Origin: a virus
Lineage: Duplodnaviria; Caudoviricetes
Length of the DNA: 46,292 nt
IMG/VR virus record: IMGVR_UViG_3300034123_000006
Span: 1-46,292 of that record
Strand: one strand, 5' to 3'
The notes under the pieces were generated by a model. That model had not been told where the DNA came from. It worked only from the letters and a program-made list of their open reading frames with translations, and did no database searches. Position numbers and translations under genes: made by a program. Shown piece by piece: positions 42,212 through 46,292 of this stretch (positions are counted from its first letter, which is position 1; every line of letters begins with the position of its first letter).

Positions 42212-42432
42212 TGGCCGAGATTCGTACGCGAGTGGCAACGCCCGAGTACCGCAATGGCTGGGACGCTGTGTTCGGGAAGCCTTCGCGCTCTCCTGGCATG
42301 AAGTCGGCCATGCGCCACGCTGGCGGGCTAGCCACGTTCGTCTCGGAGCCGGTGGAGCACCATCCAGACGACGGCAAGCTAGCCAAGGCCGTTCGACACG
42401 TGAGGCTGGCCACCCGCTCGACTTCACGCTGA
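42211..42432 (+). CDS. Small hypothetical protein
   Basis: TPEYRNGWDAVFGK motif; TGATG coupling. Confidence 0.6.
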   Translation: MAEIRTRVATPEYRNGWDAVFGKPSRSPGMKSAMRHAGGLATFVSEPVEHHPDDGKLAKAVRHVRLATRSTSR

Positions 42433-42444
42433 GTTTATGCCACC

Positions 42445-42816
42445 ATGGAGAAGGTGGGCGAGCTTACGGTCACTGGCGGTCAGAAGGCCCTGCTCAAGGG
42501 CGTGGACGCCATGCTCGAAGAGTCAAACCGCGTCGTGGCAGTGGCCGACCAGGCGTACAAGCTCGTGCGCGACAAGGACAAGGGGCTCCAGCGCCCCGAG
42601 GGCATGTCCGAAGAGGAGTTCAACATCGCCAGCGATGCGCTCTCGGCGAACAAGGACTGCCCAACCTACCTGCGGGAGCATTACGAGCGCCTGAAGCTCC
42701 AGATGCGCATTGTTGGTGGCCACGGCGATGGCGGGGCTCCGCTGATTCAGTTCATCCAGAACGTCTTCCAGCCGCCGAAGTACGAAACTATCGACGTCAC
42801 TCCGGTGGACAAATGA
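42445..42816 (+). CDS. Putative terminase small subunit
   Basis: 123 aa, helical, with C-terminal G.GDGGAPLIQ...IDVTP, a pattern common in TerS proteins. Confidence 0.45.
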   Translation: MEKVGELTVTGGQKALLKGVDAMLEESNRVVAVADQAYKLVRDKDKGLQRPEGMSEEEFNIASDALSANKDCPTYLREHYERLKLQMRIVGGHGDGGAPLIQFIQNVFQPPKYETIDVTPVDK

Positions 42817-43055
42817 AGACCGAACGCTTCGACGGGCGGATAGAGGTCATCTGGCCAGACGTATCGCATCGAGTAGAAGCGGACGAGCCAGAGGGGTTCG
42901 CGGCCCCGGTGGACGTTCAAATCACCATCGGTGGGATGCAGGGGTTCGCGGCCCCGGTGGACGTTCAAATCACCATCGGTGGGATGCAGGGGTTCGATGC
43001 TCAAATCGTCTTTGCCAAGGCAACCCTGACTCTCGCGCGGAAGAAGACGGCGTAG
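42813..43055 (+). CDS. Hypothetical protein with an in-frame 16-aa duplication
   Basis: MKTERFDG...(GFAAPVDVQITIGGMQ)x2. Confidence 0.6.
   Translation: MKTERFDGRIEVIWPDVSHRVEADEPEGFAAPVDVQITIGGMQGFAAPVDVQITIGGMQGFDAQIVFAKATLTLARKKTA
42892..42996. repeat. Exact 48-bp tandem duplication
   Basis: Two units plus a 9-bp AGGGGTTCG. Confidence 0.95.
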
Positions 43056-45149
43056 ATGGCCTGGACACGCTACGAGGTCAAGCAGCCAGTCTCCCCGCGG
43101 CTGCCGAACGACGAGAAGTCGCTGCTCGAAGCTCTCAAGAAGGAGCTGTGGCCGCTGTTCAACCAACTCCGCGGCGTGCTCAACTGGTCAGTGCGCTGGC
43201 TCGGGCTCGTCCAGGTGGACGACAACCAGACCCCAGTAGCTCTGGCCGATGCCGTGGTGGCCGGAACTGGCGTGACCATCACCCAAATCGGAACCACTCC
43301 GGCCGAGCAGCTTGAGTTCAAGGCCAACGCCACCGAAATCACGAACATCGTCAACACCACGACCATCGTGAATGCGCCCGCTGCCGGTGCCACCCTCCAC
43401 ACCGCACTCACCTGGGACCCGCTTCTGCGCGCACCTTGCACGGGGTACTCATCACTCGGAGCAGGCTACGGGCTTGGGTGGTTCGAGTGGACACAGATTT
43501 CTGGACTCAGTACATGGCAGCGCTCCAACGCGAACCCACTTCTGCGCTACGTGGTTGCCGGCAATGTCCCCATGGTTGCCGGCGAGAGATTCTTCATCAA
43601 CAACTCCTTGGTCAAGGAAAGAGACGGCATCTATGAGGTGGTCACGCAGGGGGATGGAGTTTCGCTATCCGCTGTGATCAGGCGGACGACCGATGCCAAC
43701 ACCTCGGTTACCCTCTGCCACAACATGGCCGTCAACGTGCTGGATATCGGGGATGGAACCAGCCGATACCACACGTTGTCCACTGCCGACCCAATTGAAG
43801 TAGACACCACCGAGCTGGCCTGGACCATTGCATCCACGCGCACGAGCACGGCCGGGACGTTCCTGCTCACCCCCGGACAACTTGCCAGCGAGCACGCTAG
43901 TTCCTCCGACATCTACAATTCAACCTCAGTAAAGGCGACCGACAACGACAAGCTGCTAGCTGCACCTGGTGATTTTGTGACCAAAGCTGGGACTCCGGGA
44001 ATTTCGATTCTTCCAGGTGGTATCTGGAATTTCTACGCCCTATTGCACGTGACGGCAGCGAACCTAACGACTCCACCAGTGGTTTACGCCTTTGTGTACC
44101 TAAAGCACATCGACGACAGTGTCACTGGTCCATTTATCTACTCTTCCAGCCCTCCAATCACAGCAACAGTCCCGACTCTACACTCGTGGCAGGTGAGTGC
44201 TGATGCAGGTTCAATGCCCGCCATCCTTCCAACGGACAGGATTGAAGTCCGATTCTTCGCCCACACAACAGCGTCGAGCTACATCGCGGTAAACCTCACA
44301 TGGAGCGACGCCCTTCATACGACGCGCATCGTGTGCCCCTTCCAAACTGGCGGGCAGGCCACCGGCATCCACAACGACCAAACCGGGCGAAGTGAGCCGG
44401 ACTGCCACCCTACAAGAGCGATTACGGGACTTGAGGATCGACTATTCCCGGCATGCGGTTGGTATCTCTCGCAGCAAGCAAGCAGTTCCTCCGGCCAGCT
44501 TGCTTCCGTAGTCGAATACGCTGGGGATGCGGAAGCGTCGGCGGGCTACGAGACGACCGTTGCGGTTGCTGACGGCGTGAAGGCGCTTGCCACGCTGACT
44601 TCAGTCGAGTCCGTTCCCTTAATCACGCCGGGTGGAATCTGGAAAGTGCAGTTCAAGGCGACGTGTTCAAGCATCGCAAGCGCAACCTACGTGCGCGTGA
44701 CGCTGTACTTTGGCGTGGACGCCATCGGGTGGACCTACGACTTTCTGCTGACTGCGACGGCGGCTACATCCTACGAGCATGACATCACTCTCCCGGAAAT
44801 CTACTCAGCAGGTGAGCCTCCAAGCCTCATCGCCTACCTATCCACGTACACGGCATCAGTCGGAGCGGTCACGGTCAACGTCAACCAGGGCGGGCTGTTC
44901 CGAATCAAGACGCCAAGTGATACCAATGGTGGCGTGGGCGGTGGCGGTGGGCCACCTTCCGCGCATGCCGCAAGCCACGCCGTTGCTGGCAGCGATCCCG
45001 TCTCGGCGGCTAGCATAGGAGCAGATGCTTCCGGGGCAGCCGCAGCGGTACAAGGGAATCTCGACGGACATACCGGACTCACCACGACAGCCCACGGTGG
45101 AATCCCTTCCGCCGCAATGCTTGAATACATCGCAATGCTGATGGGGTAA
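43056..45149 (+). CDS. Tail fibre / needle-like virion protein
   Basis: 697 aa, T/S/A-rich, DGIY.V....RRTTDAN fibre motif, two related PGGIW domains and the PSAHAASHA.AGSDP fibre motif. Confidence 0.65.
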   Translation: MAWTRYEVKQPVSPRLPNDEKSLLEALKKELWPLFNQLRGVLNWSVRWLGLVQVDDNQTPVALADAVVAGTGVTITQIGTTPAEQLEFKANATEITNIVNTTTIVNAPAAGATLHTALTWDPLLRAPCTGYSSLGAGYGLGWFEWTQISGLSTWQRSNANPLLRYVVAGNVPMVAGERFFINNSLVKERDGIYEVVTQGDGVSLSAVIRRTTDANTSVTLCHNMAVNVLDIGDGTSRYHTLSTADPIEVDTTELAWTIASTRTSTAGTFLLTPGQLASEHASSSDIYNSTSVKATDNDKLLAAPGDFVTKAGTPGISILPGGIWNFYALLHVTAANLTTPPVVYAFVYLKHIDDSVTGPFIYSSSPPITATVPTLHSWQVSADAGSMPAILPTDRIEVRFFAHTTASSYIAVNLTWSDALHTTRIVCPFQTGGQATGIHNDQTGRSEPDCHPTRAITGLEDRLFPACGWYLSQQASSSSGQLASVVEYAGDAEASAGYETTVAVADGVKALATLTSVESVPLITPGGIWKVQFKATCSSIASATYVRVTLYFGVDAIGWTYDFLLTATAATSYEHDITLPEIYSAGEPPSLIAYLSTYTASVGAVTVNVNQGGLFRIKTPSDTNGGVGGGGGPPSAHAASHAVAGSDPVSAASIGADASGAAAAVQGNLDGHTGLTTTAHGGIPSAAMLEYIAMLMG

Positions 45150-45152
45150 CAC

Positions 45153-46178
45153 ATGATCGCACTCGAAAACGGCGGAACACTGACCATCAAGCTCGCGGGT
45201 GCGCCGACATCGGTCAACCCGTACTTCTCTGGAGCCTACTTCGATTCTACCATCGCAGGCGGCATCACCGTGGACGCCGCGATTGCCCCGGCGCAACTCA
45301 GCGGCGCAACGCCAGTGACCATCGTGGCCGCTCCTGCTGCCGGAACCACGCGCCACCTGACCAGCTTCTCGCTGACCAACACAGACACGGGCGCGGTGAC
45401 AGTGACGATTCTCTTCGGTGGTCAGGTGCTGGTGTCCTACGGGCTCGGCGTCGGCGACGTGCTCCAGTACGGAAAAAACGCCGACACGTTTACCGTGCTC
45501 ACCACACTGGGGGCGCAGAAGGCTGCGAGCGTGGCAGGCGCCCTGGTTCGGCAGACGGTGTACACCACGGGAAGCTCTGCCACCCACACGTTTCTCACTG
45601 GCATCCGGTGCGCCATCGTCGAAGGTATCGCGGGCGGTGGCGGTGGTGGTGGGGCTACGTTCTCTTCTCCCAATATGGGCTTCGGTGGTGGCGGCGCCTC
45701 GGGAGGGTACTTCTCGACGATGGTCACGGCAGGCTTGACCACGAGCACGTACACCGTCGGCGGCGCGGGCGCGGCCGGGGCCAACACAGGCGGAACGGGC
45801 GGAACGGGCGGCGATACTGTGGTCATCGCCAACAGCGTGACCTACACGGCTAAGGGCGGTCTGGGTGGCGTTGGACAGACGGGGGCGGCGACGCTCGCGG
45901 TGGTTCTCGGAGGCGCCGGGGTGGCAGGGACGAACGGAAGCCCGCTCTCGCCGGGGGCTCCTGGCGCGAACGCCGTGCGCCTCTCTGGCGTCCTCGGCGG
46001 TTCAGGCGGCGGGGCACCTTCCGTACTCGGCGGTGGTGCCGCTGGCCGCATCACCAACGGGGCGGGCATCGCGGGGACGGGCTACGGCGCGGGCGGCGGC
46101 GGCGGCGCGGCGGTATCAGCGAGCGTGACGGGCGGCGCTGGGACGGCCGGCATCGTGATTTACTCGGAGTATTCTTGA
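45153..46178 (+). CDS. Glycine-rich tail fibre protein
   Basis: VE.IAGGGGGGG, GGGGASGGY, YTVGGAGAAG, TAKGG.GG and GAGTAGIVIYSEY glycine-rich domain. Confidence 0.8.
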   Translation: MIALENGGTLTIKLAGAPTSVNPYFSGAYFDSTIAGGITVDAAIAPAQLSGATPVTIVAAPAAGTTRHLTSFSLTNTDTGAVTVTILFGGQVLVSYGLGVGDVLQYGKNADTFTVLTTLGAQKAASVAGALVRQTVYTTGSSATHTFLTGIRCAIVEGIAGGGGGGGATFSSPNMGFGGGGASGGYFSTMVTAGLTTSTYTVGGAGAAGANTGGTGGTGGDTVVIANSVTYTAKGGLGGVGQTGAATLAVVLGGAGVAGTNGSPLSPGAPGANAVRLSGVLGGSGGGAPSVLGGGAAGRITNGAGIAGTGYGAGGGGGAAVSASVTGGAGTAGIVIYSEYS

Positions 46179-46292
46179 GCGTACCCGGCCTATACGAGCC
46201 GTCAGCCGTCCAACTCGAAGCCCACAGCTTCCAGCCCTACGACGAGGTGGAGATTCTATACGGCGGCACCGCGTTCTGCGGGAAGACCCTGT
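46166..46292. repeat. Terminal direct repeat (copy 2)
   Basis: Identical to 1-127. Confidence 0.97.

Noticed and set aside
1-46165. Stop-codon reassignment
   Set aside because: Core genes are full length in the standard code, and TAG, TGA and TAA are all used as real stops.
43056-46178. Diversity-generating retroelement acting on the fibres
   Set aside because: I saw no reverse transcriptase motif and no TR/VR pair differing at adenines.
46166-46292. 127-bp terminal repeat as a biological direct terminal repeat
   Set aside because: It cuts through the fibre/terL gene junction, and its length equals a common assembler k-mer size, so it is best read as a circular-assembly overlap.

Overview
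The window is a complete, circularly assembled genome of a GC-rich tailed phage. Bases 1-127 are repeated exactly at 46166-46292, giving a 46,165-bp circle. The + strand arm (about 41.5 kb, through the junction, to 23.8 kb) carries a P22/BPP-1-like podovirus morphogenesis module: terminase, portal, GroES-like co-chaperonin, scaffold, capsid, head-tail and gp10-like hub proteins, ejection proteins and fibres. It ends in a Gram-negative lysis cassette (holin candidates, Rz/Rz1, GH24 lysozyme) that is interrupted by RusA. The - strand arm (23.9-39.15 kb) carries early/middle genes: an intein-containing SF2 helicase, ERF recombinase, ParB-like and Lar-like proteins, and many small hypothetical proteins. 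I could not recognise an integrase, CI repressor, DNA polymerase or primase. The most unusual feature is the control region at 39.15-40.0 kb. It has two divergent sigma54-type promoter motifs and a boxA-like element. It also has a roughly 480-nt structured leader containing two tandem D-arm-less tRNA-like minihelices, one with the alanine/tmRNA identity elements G3-U70 and A73. Other notable points are a 15-bp AT-rich palindrome present three times around the genome, a gene bounded by exact 36-bp repeats, fibre genes sitting between terS and terL, and a tandem RNA hairpin motif in the capsid-operon leader. All calls come from reading motifs by eye; no database searches were run.
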